Shown piece after piece: positions 17,601 to 26,013 of a stretch of 64,000 nucleotides of DNA. A program made the position numbers and the translations under genes. Numbering within the stretch: position 1 is the stretch's first letter; every line of letters begins with the position of its first letter. This DNA is from Candidatus Thalassarchaeaceae archaeon (GTDB taxonomy: Archaea; Thermoplasmatota; Poseidoniia; Poseidoniales; Thalassarchaeaceae). The notes beneath the pieces were generated by a model. It had not been told where the DNA came from. It searched no databases and worked only from the letters and a program-made list of their open reading frames with translations. The DNA is taken from positions 14,100 through 78,099 of the forward strand of contig JAPYUP010000003.1 in NCBI GenBank assembly GCA_029940695.1, read 5' to 3'.

Positions 17601-18469
17601 GAATAACCCACGCCCGCGTTGTAGGGCGGGGTCCTGAGCAGCCAGATGTCCTGGTCCTCGCACTCGCCGGGAAGCGGATCTCCAGTCAAGGGGTTGGTCT
17701 GTAGGTCCTCGTTCCAGTTTCCGAACATTATGGCAGTGTAGTATCCATTGGTGAGAGGGACCGAAATAGGGGCGTGCTGGTTGGATGGTAGGGTGTAGTC
17801 GGGACCCTTGTAGATCTGGATGAATTGGTTGGCGAAAGTGGAATCAGTCGATACGAAGGCTACGTCGGCGTAGCCATCGTTGGTGATGTCGCCGACATCT
17901 AAACTGGAGAGGTAGGGGTTGATGACGGTGATTGTCTCGAACATCTCCTCCCACTCGTTGACCCTGTCGTCGCAGTCACCTTTCAGCACAGTCAGGTTGG
18001 CGGGCCTGATGAAGGACTCGTCAGTGAACCTAGCGTTCTGCTGGTAGTAGATCACGTCGTTGACCTCGTCACCGTCAACGTCGGCTATCTCGACCAGAGT
18101 GCCGTCGGCAACGTCTCTGAACCCGGCCCTGAAGGAGTCGTTGTTCGAGATTAGCACGTCCTGGCGATCGCCGAAGCCACCCGAGCCGTCATTGTAGAGG
18201 AAGCTGATGAAGTGGCCCATAGCACTGCCCGAGGCAATGTCGTTATGGCCATCGCAATTCAAGTCGCCAATCGAGATGTGCAGTGGGTCGCGCTGCACCG
18301 CGTACTGGGTGGTGTGCGATGCTGAGGCCAAGGGGGCCATTGCGACGAACAAAGAGGTCAGCATTAGAAACACTAGTGCCACGGCCCTCCTTCCCTCTCG
18401 GAGGCGACCGTAGGAAGGCTCTGCGCTATGAACCATGCCGACTCGGACTTTCGTGCCTCTCTTATGCAT
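11645..18469 (-). CDS. Giant (2274 aa) type-I membrane surface protein with an FG-GAP/integrin-alpha-like N-terminal region, a single C-terminal TM, and a cytoplasmic tail carrying a tandem repeat.
   Basis: Signal peptide RRAVALVFLMLTSLFVAMAPLASA; the FG-GAP-like motif IGDLNCDGHNDIASG; a long beta-rich N-glycosylation-sequon-rich body (many NxS/T); TM helix VVIGGIASIILILVVLVTMLV; and two copies of YVQQL..QGYDEQTARQYA in the tail. Confidence 0.8.
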   Translation of the reverse strand: MHKRGTKVRVGMVHSAEPSYGRLREGRRAVALVFLMLTSLFVAMAPLASASHTTQYAVQRDPLHISIGDLNCDGHNDIASGSAMGHFISFLYNDGSGGFGDRQDVLISNNDSFRAGFRDVADGTLVEIADVDGDEVNDVIYYQQNARFTDESFIRPANLTVLKGDCDDRVNEWEEMFETITVINPYLSSLDVGDITNDGYADVAFVSTDSTFANQFIQIYKGPDYTLPSNQHAPISVPLTNGYYTAIMFGNWNEDLQTNPLTGDPLPGECEDQDIWLLRTPPYNAGVGYSRGTFDNMTVLEYDCLTGIYPNPMDPTSTGTMHEFTLDVEHDYELFGIDIADTTPDDDTNEIDLIVAVDGITGNLTYATKNGGSWDTQNYVPYGNYMGASVTISDVNRDGEVDFFVPTSLTLLDTQESTSQNQTYLLRPNLRALNTVQILLADPSGPGYLSPLSFDVGRRPTMAVPGQLQGGPDSALEVVIGQADYTYRFSNNAMWLDTMGYAGQGDYLSVLVLDNYDLGITRVTIEPSVMDPATFQSIVGEGNRWVNVTIKNTGLNPIASGSVDVDLEVKEVLGGTDTIVYHNDFESESANVNLDGAQLQKYSYTGEYSEGNSSWHIDEDRFWINGTTYYEGDVVHFNNSDYQCGHNGTSSCSTVPDEDNESWDEVFYYPWETRQNPTNYFWAGVEHSEADGNNSTGYYNHMDEALILEDVDLTGANAAFLDLDAICSAGFFQLFLAEPYDVIERWLYEDSCSIEVWSDGTGWEPVWRYGGWDNERKYRIEERVSSSPDPEYNDYNDDFYGDWQSSLWNNYTEGGGIRDSCSMPYLIYGFPNAYCWDDGELDQAADTIDLTPYAGQVIDIRFRFRSGLEGTVGPVGAADYSGLDGFAFDNITIRKRDVTFGDSTVESQTLTLTDASAGESQTVQLTADFVDNTTYYISVTLSNPSGYTDQDSTNDQTRFQLTVRNLYDPGLIEEPWIDLENGELYASGDRDITIGVQNWGNTVVDFEVEAKVYNALPELIAAEDFSGFEPIWEDDGNENGSRLDDSSGSNEMLPQNQGVFKNQAYWLGHPSEGYGDDWNETMTLEPIEIADSGADFTFLTFNYFAEGDHIADRNGNVQAVRDFAYLEATWARDGEVYEGVIYGSWTDLNANGLRPGFNSVTQTYFHYCEDFDQNGLYEEVEYAGDHSGGVGQDGWVQWYDSEDMVGSARIDLTHVHLLNTTSPDSFAWTDECTTLAGSDVTFTWRFYSNDDGVNGNAGYAGFALDNIRVDDYTFTDDGSYLESVSGMDAAQRRTINMGTHDFDNGLYRIDLMTLYDNTDNTSKWFDKPEMSIANNVSTILFGIANADITLLQPDVMDCVTDTIYECVYASNPSGPASHSFSVPLLNGVIEGTYVLTMKIVDEDTGQTVFEQTAENGPFLLDPHQRGQANWTSPYNQWFDGHRYNISFSATLGEGGEESGNERFFEIEFYDHVDIAIFSDPTDQSRLQRVKSDLQAMNKTYTQFEVDDWNSYGTEDWLEHYSKALLPWQTDYNVEYGDYYELLGTPNPQNSELTLTETLVDYMQDGGTVQIHLGPYRSEYLSLGTDNERLPFDMDIVMRDHVNQTVDRRIHSNNLTFVDRFHPIMSGVGTSAFAGVNGGSHVALSGLDTNQVNADNLPLVCSDAPAGESEGGRVSDGGTFHTLIRDTVNPSQSLLAVCNYYQGGLIVTTIDVENPTVSQPYGDSNFPLLSNMLDFHLTPYPNGFEIAGEGFELTIDGQVQQIDVLTAAYQKKAIESGASLQFDFETNVAGIFADWTIESANNETVTGWDGETLGDDNWHMHQVDATSSVNATFCVQDDNADLGCKIDAEWRIWLYLHDAAGHTRITNVSIYTNDIAADSSAPVAHIDIVQDDISTEFLEFVGYQPTPTGEQDSDGNWIMIDSPKYRVRLTETGTTDIKFSAVNSSDIGTGIKTYTWSVSGDGNQDHQVILPKSQYDWHYTFSNITPNNNPIMLELVVTDQRNLDSTPPFRIFFEVVGELFGDEEPENEMDSISTADGHRFDALEAVDIINITGVIVDNDEGGECDVTVEIALDDTSIFDKGEATKTTQKELGRYDRQASLCDGDSYTLSLNISHLYLEDFGSAGLVYIRITEGSYVVNDQIQLYTLPRPLDPCVVDPASCAEGSSGVTEMVVIGGIASIILILVVLVTMLVRSRGRVSEEDSVESFGGVEQMDPVEAYVQQLLAQGYDEQTARQYANIEIYVQQLITQGYDEQTARQYAQQYYAPYSAQQRGDGG
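11690..11830. repeat. Tandem direct repeat of about 57 nt encoding the duplicated cytoplasmic-tail motif of the giant protein.
   Basis: The nucleotide repeat ...gtactg..gggcatactggcgtgc.gtctgctcgtcatagcc(c/t)tg.g.ta.gag.tgctg.acgta... occurs twice. Confidence 0.6.
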
Positions 18470-18533
18470 TGCCTAGTGATGACTTTTCGCGGCATCGGAA
18501 GGACGTACTCGTATTCCCTTTCACTTGTGTGAT

Positions 18534-19031
18534 TTATTGAGACGCAAGCCAACTCGGATTGGGCGAGTAACTGACCTCGGCTCCGCCGTAGACCTTATCG
18601 AGGCGTCCCATCATCCAGAGACGGTCTAGGAAGATCTCCAAGTCGACCCCCTCCCGGTTCATTCTCTCACCAATCACAAACTCGATTGTGCCGATTGAGA
18701 GCGATGACTGTCCGTGTTCCCTGACAACGAGACCGAGCAGAATCTGGAGCCAAGCCTCGGCGAGTGGGTCCCCAGAGAGGTTGTTGCTCAGGGGTTCCGG
18801 GGCCTCTATCTCCTCGAGGAACTCCATGATGGCCCTGATATCGGGCTCTGACGGCTTAGTTATGCCCTTCTCGTTCGCCCCTGCCTCGACATCCAAATCC
18901 CCTATCACCCTTACCACAGAGGGGATTCTAGATGGGTCGGGAGGTGGTCCGGGCAACCCCTCTTCCGCTTCTATCTCATTTTCCTCCATCTCAACACCTG
19001 ACGAGGCTATTGTGGCGGCTTGTGTGTTCAA
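18534..19031 (-). CDS. Hypothetical acidic protein (165 aa), probably co-transcribed with aconitase.
   Basis: Its start overlaps the acnA stop by 4 nt on the same strand; no recognisable motif. Confidence 0.45.
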   Translation of the reverse strand: MNTQAATIASSGVEMEENEIEAEEGLPGPPPDPSRIPSVVRVIGDLDVEAGANEKGITKPSEPDIRAIMEFLEEIEAPEPLSNNLSGDPLAEAWLQILLGLVVREHGQSSLSIGTIEFVIGERMNREGVDLEIFLDRLWMMGRLDKVYGGAEVSYSPNPSWLASQ

Positions 19032-21733
19032 CCTATTGCAAGGTTGCGGAGAACGGTTTGCAGAATGCCCCCGTTCCTGTAGTAATCTACCTCCACCGGG
19101 GTCTCGAGCCTGACGACGGCTTCGAAGGAGAAATCAGTGCCGTCGTCACTCTTGGCTGTGATACTGATCTCGGAGAACGGTGCGAGGTCCCCCTTTACTG
19201 GGATGTCGAAGGCCTCTGAGCCGTCAAGACCCAGAGTCTCGGCGTTCTGGCCCTCCTTGAAGGCAAGGGGGAGGACACCCATGCCAACTAGGTTGGATCG
19301 ATGGATTCGCTCATAGGAGGTCGCGATGACGGCCCTGACACCGAGTAGAAGGGTTCCCTTCGCTGCCCAGTCCCTGCTGCTGCCCGTCCCATACTGCGAG
19401 CCGGCGAGAACGATCAGAGGGGTTGCGTCATCACGGTACCTGTTGCTGGCCTCATAGATCGAAGTCACCTCCCCAGTGGGGAAGTGGGTAGAGAATCCTC
19501 CCTCCGTGCCCGGGGCAATCTGATTCCGCATCCTGATGTTAGCGAAGGTGCCGCGTACCATCACCTCGTGGTTGCCCCTGCGGCTCCCAAACGAGTTGAA
19601 GTCTCGCGGATGGACCCCCTTGTCCATCAGATACTGTCCAGCTGGCCCATGATGGGGGAATGCGCCTGCGGGGCTTATGTGGTCTGTTGTGACCGAGTCG
19701 CCGACCTTGACTAGGACTCGTGCCCCTTTGATCGGCTCGATGGGCGCCGGCTCGGGCTCGATTCCTTGCAGGAAAGAGGGCGGTCGGACGTAGGTAGAAG
19801 TGTCGTCCCAATCGTAGAGGGCGCTCGACTCACTGGAAATGGCATCCCATCGCGGCTCGCGTAGAATGTCCGAGTATCGCGCCGTGAACATCTCCGGGCC
19901 AACGACGCTCCTGACGGTCGAGATAATCTCCTCGTCACTGGGCCAAATGTCAGTGAGCATGACCGGGTCGCCGGAGGCAGTGTGCCCAAGAGGGTCGGTC
20001 GAGAAGTCGATGTCGAGGGTGCCCGCTAGGGCGTAAGCCACCACCAAGGGCGGGCTAGCGAGGTAGTTCGCCTTGACCTTCTGGTGTATCCTGCCCTCGA
20101 AGTTTCGGTTGCCTGAAAGCACACTTCCAACGACCAAATCCACCTCATCAATTGCTGTCTCGATTTCCTTGTCGAGTGGCCCCGTGTTGCCGATGCAGGT
20201 GGTACAGCCATAACCGACGACTCTGAACCCCAGTGCGTTGAGGTCATCTGTGAGGCCGGCAGCGTCGTAATACTCCGTTACAACCCGACTTCCGGGGGCT
20301 AGGCTGGGCTTGACCCAGGGCTTGATTGACAGCCCCAAAGCCCGTGCGTTCCGTGCGACCAGCCCCGCGGCAATCATTACGCTCGGGTTGCTGGTGTTCG
20401 TGCAGCTCGTGATTGCGGCGATGACTACGTCGCCGTGCCCCAACGTTGAGTCGAGCCCGGTGATTGCGACGCTGGCGTCGTTCTCAGAGGGGTCGACTCC
20501 GTGGCCTTGATGACCGATAGGTGCATTCAGGCTAGACCTCCAGTGCGATTTCATCTCGGATAGGGAGACCCTGTCCTGAGGTCTTTTGGGACCGGCCAAA
20601 GAGGGGTTGACGGTTGCGAGGTCGAGCGACAGCGATGATGTGAACTCGGGAGTTGGGGTGGATTCGGAGTAGAAAAGGGTCTGTGCAGCGAGATAACGCC
20701 TGACGTTCTCAACGTGCTGGGGGTCACGCCCGGACAGCAACATGTAGTCGAGAGTGGTCTGATCCACCGGGAAGAAACCGCAGGTAGCGCCGTACTCTGG
20801 GGCCATGTTGGCAATCGTCGCACGGTCGGGAAGGCTGAGGTTAGCCAGACCAGCCCCGTAGAACTCTACGAACTTGCCCACGCAGCCGTGCTCCCTAAGC
20901 ATCTGCACGATTCGCAGGGTCATGTCAGTAGCGGTGACACCTGGTTGCAGCGAGCCCGTGAGTTCGAATCCGACGACCTCCGGAAGCAGCATAAAGATCG
21001 GTTGGCCGAGCATCACTGCCTCGGCCTCAATCCCACCGACTCCCCAGCCGAGGACTCCCAGGCCGTTGATCATCGTAGTGTGGGAATCGGTGCCGACGAG
21101 GGTGTCCGGAGCCCACATTCCATCCTCCTCGCGAGCCACGCTAGCAATCCACTCTAGGTTCACCTGGTGAACGATACCACGCCCAGGGGGCACAGCACGG
21201 AAGTTGTTGAGGCTCTGCTGACCCCACTTGAGGAATTTGTAGCGCTCGAAGTTACGCTCGTACTCGATTTCCAAGTTGCGTTCGCGCGCGTCTGGGAAGA
21301 GACCTGATACGTCAACCTGCACAGAGTGGTCGATCACGAGATCGACGGGAATCTGTGGGTTGACTCGAGAGGGGTCACCACCGAGCTCCAGCATGGCGTC
21401 CCTCAGTGCAGCGATGTCCACCAGAGCTGGAACGCCAGTGAAGTCTTGCAATATAACGCGGTTGGGGCTGAAGGGGATCTCCTCGGGGAACATATCGGGT
21501 GACCAAGATGCGATGCGCCTAATATCATCCTCATCGATGAGGAGGCCGTCGCAATTCCTGAGCACCGACTCGAGTAGAATCCTGATAGTGAAGGGAAGGT
21601 TGTCCAATTTACAGATTCCTACACTCTCAAGGGAGTTGAGGTCCGTGAAGAAAGCAGTGGAGCCATCGGATTTTTCGAAGGTGGAAAGCGCTCCGAATGG
21701 GTCGATTGGAGACATCCGTCCACCTGTTAACAA
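19028..21733 (-). CDS. acnA: Aconitate hydratase A.
   Basis: 901 aa with GTDSHTT, CTNTSN and SGNRNFEGR motifs, ligands for the Fe-S cluster and substrate. Confidence 0.9.
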   Translation of the reverse strand: MLTGGRMSPIDPFGALSTFEKSDGSTAFFTDLNSLESVGICKLDNLPFTIRILLESVLRNCDGLLIDEDDIRRIASWSPDMFPEEIPFSPNRVILQDFTGVPALVDIAALRDAMLELGGDPSRVNPQIPVDLVIDHSVQVDVSGLFPDARERNLEIEYERNFERYKFLKWGQQSLNNFRAVPPGRGIVHQVNLEWIASVAREEDGMWAPDTLVGTDSHTTMINGLGVLGWGVGGIEAEAVMLGQPIFMLLPEVVGFELTGSLQPGVTATDMTLRIVQMLREHGCVGKFVEFYGAGLANLSLPDRATIANMAPEYGATCGFFPVDQTTLDYMLLSGRDPQHVENVRRYLAAQTLFYSESTPTPEFTSSLSLDLATVNPSLAGPKRPQDRVSLSEMKSHWRSSLNAPIGHQGHGVDPSENDASVAITGLDSTLGHGDVVIAAITSCTNTSNPSVMIAAGLVARNARALGLSIKPWVKPSLAPGSRVVTEYYDAAGLTDDLNALGFRVVGYGCTTCIGNTGPLDKEIETAIDEVDLVVGSVLSGNRNFEGRIHQKVKANYLASPPLVVAYALAGTLDIDFSTDPLGHTASGDPVMLTDIWPSDEEIISTVRSVVGPEMFTARYSDILREPRWDAISSESSALYDWDDTSTYVRPPSFLQGIEPEPAPIEPIKGARVLVKVGDSVTTDHISPAGAFPHHGPAGQYLMDKGVHPRDFNSFGSRRGNHEVMVRGTFANIRMRNQIAPGTEGGFSTHFPTGEVTSIYEASNRYRDDATPLIVLAGSQYGTGSSRDWAAKGTLLLGVRAVIATSYERIHRSNLVGMGVLPLAFKEGQNAETLGLDGSEAFDIPVKGDLAPFSEISITAKSDDGTDFSFEAVVRLETPVEVDYYRNGGILQTVLRNLAIG

Positions 21734-21783
21734 CTCTCTGGGCGTGGTACATGAAGTTGACCGTTAGCCAAGTGGGTCGGAGA

Positions 21784-22833
21784 CTATGCCATGAGATGGG
21801 CCATCAACAGACGGACGGATTCGACGGGGGCGTTGTTGGCATCGGTGGGAACTTCGCTCATCGCATTGACGTGCTCCATTCCGGATATCACATATCCGAA
21901 GACCGTGTGGCAGGACTGCTGGGAGCAATCTTTCCCCTCCTCCCAATCCAAGTGTGTTGCCTGACCGTCGTCAGGCACGATGTAGAACTGGCTGCCGTCG
22001 GTATTGAGGCCGCCGTGAGCAGCGGCAATCGCCCCCGCTGTGTGCTTGAGTCCATTCTCATGTTCGTATGGTATCGACCAGTCCTCCAATGAGCACTGGT
22101 CGAGAGGAATCTCCTGACCGTCGCACCAGCCGTAGTAATGAGCGGAGTAACCTCCCCTGCCCTGTTTATTCTCGATGTCCCCCCCTTGTATCATGAAGTC
22201 ACCAATAATCCTGTGGAACTCGGTGAAGTCGTAACGAAAATTCTCAACGTGGGAGACGAAACTCTCCACGTGCAGTGGAGCATCGCTCTGGTAGAGTTCT
22301 ATCTCAATCTCGCCCTTCATCTCCTGTCCGTCAACGGAGTATGTCACCTCAAAGACAACTATCGGGTTGGGATCCTCCTCGGTGAGTAAGTCTGCCACGA
22401 CCTTGAACGAGACCAGTACCAGAACGAGCGAAGCCAACATGGCGAACAGGCCTAAGGGGGTAGGGTTTCCTTCATCGAAAATCTGGAACCCAAGCCCAAG
22501 GGAGACGGCCTTCTCGTCCATCATCGATGCAAGTTTGTTCAACCTCCTGCGAGTCTCCTTATTTTTGGGGTCAAAGGCCAGAGCCTTGGTGTAGTCCTTG
22601 TGAGCCTTCTGCCAGTGGCGCTTCTGGTTTGGCTCGTCGATTCGCCCAAACTCCGTATTGGCATCTGCAGCGTATCTCAGGGTCTTCGATTCCTGCGCCT
22701 TATTCTCTGCAAGGGGCCAAGCGGATCTAAGGACGTCGAGAGCTTGCTCAGGCTCTTCGTTCTCAGTCAATTCGATGGCATTATCCCACGCTTTCTGCAG
22801 CTCCGCCGGTATAGGCATCGGCTGGGCGACCAC
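21784..22833 (-). CDS. Membrane-anchored cyclophilin-type peptidyl-prolyl isomerase with an N-terminal TPR-like cytoplasmic domain.
   Basis: Cyclophilin motifs FHRIIGDFMIQGGD and GLNTDGSQFYIV; one TM helix LGLFAMLASLVLVLVSF; a helical-repeat N-terminal region. Confidence 0.8.
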   Translation of the reverse strand: MVAQPMPIPAELQKAWDNAIELTENEEPEQALDVLRSAWPLAENKAQESKTLRYAADANTEFGRIDEPNQKRHWQKAHKDYTKALAFDPKNKETRRRLNKLASMMDEKAVSLGLGFQIFDEGNPTPLGLFAMLASLVLVLVSFKVVADLLTEEDPNPIVVFEVTYSVDGQEMKGEIEIELYQSDAPLHVESFVSHVENFRYDFTEFHRIIGDFMIQGGDIENKQGRGGYSAHYYGWCDGQEIPLDQCSLEDWSIPYEHENGLKHTAGAIAAAHGGLNTDGSQFYIVPDDGQATHLDWEEGKDCSQQSCHTVFGYVISGMEHVNAMSEVPTDANNAPVESVRLLMAHLMA

Positions 22834-22884
22834 GCCATCATTGAAAATTACAACGGATGACCGACAGAGATGAAAACGGGGGTT

Positions 22885-22896
22885 TTACCATGGTAA
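22885..22896. promoter_or_regulatory. 12-bp palindrome TTACCATGGTAA, flanked by a G5/C5 inverted pair, in the divergent cyclophilin/korA promoter region.
   Basis: Read directly from the sequence. Confidence 0.3.
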
Positions 22897-22941
22897 CCCA
22901 TAAGACCCCCGCTCAATGCCACATCACTTGAGAGCGGACCG

Positions 22942-24765
22942 GTGGATAGTGACTCAGCGCTGGGGACAACGAAAGCAATGAGAAAGATAGTCAACGATTT
23001 CGTCATTAACATCGCAACCGCAAATGGCACTGGGTCGCAATCATCCAACCTCACACTATTGCACTCGATGTTTGAGATGGGCGTGCCAGTCAGCGGCAAG
23101 AATCTCTTCCCGAGCAACATCTCCGGTCTGCCCACTTGGTTCATCATTAGGGCCAGCGATGCGGGTTACCAGGCTCCCGGCGACAAGACCGACGTCCAAG
23201 TGATTATGAATAAGGACACTTGGCTGAAGGATCAGGAGAAGGTCGAGCCTGGAACGATAATCATCTACAATGAGGACGTCAAGCTCCCGGTGGAGCGCGA
23301 CGACTGCATTCTTCTGGGCATGCCGATGACCAAGATGGCGAGAGGAATCAACCCCAAACTGGCACGACTTATGGCCAATATGTACTACGTCGGAGCTCTC
23401 GCCCACCTCCTCGACATCGAAGAAAGCGCGATTGGGGGGGCGGTATCGAGTCAGTTCAAGGGCAAGGAGAAGGCAATCGAGTTCAACATGCGCGCCATAT
23501 CGGAGGGCAGGGCCTATGCTGAGGAGAACTGGGACTTCGAGTGCCCCCTATCCGTCGAGGCGCGGGACAAGGACCCAGACACCTTCCTCATCGAGGGCAA
23601 CGATGCGACGGCCCTAGGTGCAATCTATGGCGGAATCAACTTGCTCTCTTGGTACCCGATAACACCCTCGTCATCCCTCGCCGAATCAGTCATCGGCTGG
23701 CTTCCAGAGCTCCGGACCGATGGTAACGGAGGCTCGACCTGCGCGGTCGTCCAAGCTGAGGACGAGCTTGCCGCTGCGGGGATGGTGATGGGTGCCGGGT
23801 GGGCCGGCGGAAGAGGCATGACATGTACCAGCGGGCCGGGAATCTCGCTGATGTCGGAGTTCATCGGGCTTTCCTACTTCTCCGAGGTGCCAGGCGTCAT
23901 CTGGGATATCAACCGCGTGGGGCCATCGACGGGCTTGCCCACACGGACCCAGCAGGGTGACCTGTCGATGCTCTACGAGGCGAGCCACGGTGACACCCAG
24001 CACATAGTGCTCATCCCCGGCACGGTGGACGAGTGCTTCGAGTACGGATGGCGCGCCTTCGACTACGCCGAGCGTTTCCAGACACTGGTATTCGGCTTCG
24101 GCGACCTCGACCTTGGGATGAACCGTTGGGCGACCTCAGGGTTCGAATACCCAGCTCAGGAGATGGATCGCGGGAAGGTCATCCACACCCAAGAGGAGAT
24201 GGACGCCATACCGAATTACGGCCGGTACAGGGACGTCGATGGCGATGGTATCCCGTACAGAACCCTGCCCGGAAGCGGCCTCGACCCGATTCTTTACCGA
24301 GGGACCGGGCACGACGAGGACGGGGCCTATTCGGAGGACCCACAGGTGTACAGGGACACAATGGTACGCTTACGGAACAAGATCGATGGAGCGCGCGAGC
24401 ACCTTCCGGCACCAGTCATCCGAGAGGAGGAAAAGAAGGAGGTCGGCATAGTCTTCTACGGCTCAATGGAAAACACGATAGTGGAGATCGACGATCTGCT
24501 AGAGGCCACCGGCCTCTCGGTCAGCACCTGCCGCGTGAGGGCCCTCCCCGTCCACCCCGAGGTCGAGTCCTTCATCGACCGGCACGACACCAACATCATC
24601 CTCGAGATAAATCGAGACGGGCAGCTCTATGGCATCCTGCGTAGGGAGATTCCAATCAGACTGGTACCTAAGCTACACAGCGTCGCCTACAGCGACGGGC
24701 TGCCACCGAGGGCGCGCGTGTACGCGGGCAGAATCCTTGAGATGCTGCAGGGGGTGGCCACATGA
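22942..24765 (+). CDS. korA: 2-oxoacid:ferredoxin oxidoreductase, alpha subunit (fused alpha/gamma) of the two-subunit type.
   Basis: 607 aa with conserved N-terminal KorA/PorA-like regions (GNDA.ALGAIYGG, SGPGISLMSE) and a 4-nt ATGA overlap with the beta subunit. Confidence 0.85.
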   Translation: MDSDSALGTTKAMRKIVNDFVINIATANGTGSQSSNLTLLHSMFEMGVPVSGKNLFPSNISGLPTWFIIRASDAGYQAPGDKTDVQVIMNKDTWLKDQEKVEPGTIIIYNEDVKLPVERDDCILLGMPMTKMARGINPKLARLMANMYYVGALAHLLDIEESAIGGAVSSQFKGKEKAIEFNMRAISEGRAYAEENWDFECPLSVEARDKDPDTFLIEGNDATALGAIYGGINLLSWYPITPSSSLAESVIGWLPELRTDGNGGSTCAVVQAEDELAAAGMVMGAGWAGGRGMTCTSGPGISLMSEFIGLSYFSEVPGVIWDINRVGPSTGLPTRTQQGDLSMLYEASHGDTQHIVLIPGTVDECFEYGWRAFDYAERFQTLVFGFGDLDLGMNRWATSGFEYPAQEMDRGKVIHTQEEMDAIPNYGRYRDVDGDGIPYRTLPGSGLDPILYRGTGHDEDGAYSEDPQVYRDTMVRLRNKIDGAREHLPAPVIREEEKKEVGIVFYGSMENTIVEIDDLLEATGLSVSTCRVRALPVHPEVESFIDRHDTNIILEINRDGQLYGILRREIPIRLVPKLHSVAYSDGLPPRARVYAGRILEMLQGVAT

Positions 24766-25796
24766 CTGCGATGAAGCTGAACGTAATCGATCTCGAGAAG
24801 ACTGAGTACACTGGAGGTAAGTCCTCGCTATGCCCGGGGTGCGGACACGACCAGATTTCAAACGTGATCATCCAAGCCGCGTGGGAGAATGGTATCGAAC
24901 CCCAGAGAATCGCAAAGATGAGCGGAATTGGGTGCTCCTCGAAGACGCCTGCCTACTTCCTCGGCAACAGTCACGGCTTCAATACCGTCCACGGCCGGAT
25001 GCCCTCGGTGACCACTGGTGCCAACATGGTCAACAAGGAGTTGTCATTCATCGCGGTCTCAGGGGACGGCGACACCGCCAGCATCGGTATAGGGCAGTTC
25101 ATACACGCCATCCGAAGGAACGTGGACATGTTATACATCATCGAGAATAACGGTGTCTACGGTCTGACCAAGGGGCAGTATAGTGCCACTGTGGAGAAGG
25201 GCTCGAAGAAGAAGAAAGGGGCTGTGAACGAGCAGCCCCCAATCGACCTTTGCGCCATGGCGATTAATCTCGGGTGTAGCTTTGTCGCGCGCTCCTTCTC
25301 AGGCAGCAAGAAGCAGCTCACTGCACTGGTAAAAGCAGCCATGAGCCATAGGGGGATGGCGGTGATTGACATCATCTCCCCCTGCGTGACCTTCGCCAAC
25401 AACGACGAGTCCTACCGATCCTACAACTACGTCAAGGAGAACGACGAGGTCCTCCACATCCTCGACTATATCCCACACTTCTCCCCCATAGAGGAAGTCG
25501 ACGTCCCCGAGGGTGAGTACCAGGAGATCCAGCTCTTCGATGGCTCCACGCTCAGGCTGGAGACTGTAGGCTCTGACCACGACCCGAGAGACGTGGTCTC
25601 AGCTCTGCGCGCGGTTCACGAGGCCGAGCAGGCGGACCGGCATGTCACCGGCCTGCTGTACTATGACTCCGACGTGCCAACTGCCACCGACGCCCTCGGC
25701 CTTACTGACACTCCTCTGATAGCCCTGCCAGAGGACCAGTTGCGCCCCAGCAAGGAGAGTTTAGAACTCTTGAACGCCGGCTTCAGAGCCGCATGA
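24762..25796 (+). CDS. korB: 2-oxoacid:ferredoxin oxidoreductase, beta subunit (TPP-binding).
   Basis: CPGCGH motif, and the TPP-binding region SGDGD..IG.....A.R.N.....IIENNGVYGLTKGQ. Confidence 0.85.
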   Translation: MTAMKLNVIDLEKTEYTGGKSSLCPGCGHDQISNVIIQAAWENGIEPQRIAKMSGIGCSSKTPAYFLGNSHGFNTVHGRMPSVTTGANMVNKELSFIAVSGDGDTASIGIGQFIHAIRRNVDMLYIIENNGVYGLTKGQYSATVEKGSKKKKGAVNEQPPIDLCAMAINLGCSFVARSFSGSKKQLTALVKAAMSHRGMAVIDIISPCVTFANNDESYRSYNYVKENDEVLHILDYIPHFSPIEEVDVPEGEYQEIQLFDGSTLRLETVGSDHDPRDVVSALRAVHEAEQADRHVTGLLYYDSDVPTATDALGLTDTPLIALPEDQLRPSKESLELLNAGFRAA

Positions 25797-25854
25797 GTGG
25801 CTACATAGGGTGCTCGGGTTTGTTGAAATATCCAGCCCGTCTCCGTGCGCTGCC

Positions 25855-25930
25855 AGTCCCTTAGTGTAGAGGTCCATCATACGAGACTCTGGATCTCGTG
25901 ACCCTGGTTCGAATCCGGGAGGGACTACCA
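25855..25930 (+). tRNA. tRNA-Gln (anticodon CUG), 76 nt, CCA encoded.
   Basis: From a manual fold, the acceptor is AGTCCCT/AGGGACT with an A1:U72 pair. The anticodon stem is CGAGA/TCTCG with loop CTCTGGA, and the T-loop is TTCGAAT. The 5' half, AGTCCC.TAGTGTAG.GGTC.ATCAT, matches the general archaeal tRNA-Gln pattern as I remember it. There is an upstream TATA-like TTGAAATAT at about -32 to -24. Confidence 0.75.
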
Positions 25931-26013
25931 ATCGCCTCGTTCCCCGATGAGTTGATTTCGTGGACTCGGTCACCTCCCACTCGTGGCTGCCGTCCTTTTC
26001 CCACCAAGATGTT

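Noticed and set aside
12213-18413. About 20 plus-strand ORFs of 60-190 aa inside the giant minus-strand gene
   Set aside because: Typical high-GC shadow ORFs; none has motif content; the continuous 2,274-aa minus frame with signal peptide and TM is the real gene.
22890-22931. ATG embedded in the TTACCATGGTAA palindrome as a possible start codon
   Set aside because: The frame reads MVTHKTPAQCHIT then a stop (13 codons); the real korA start is at 22942.
24033-24644. 203-aa Arg/Pro-rich ORF in an alternate frame of korA
   Set aside because: A compositional artefact (R/P/G from GC-rich off-frame codons); korA motifs are in the other frame.
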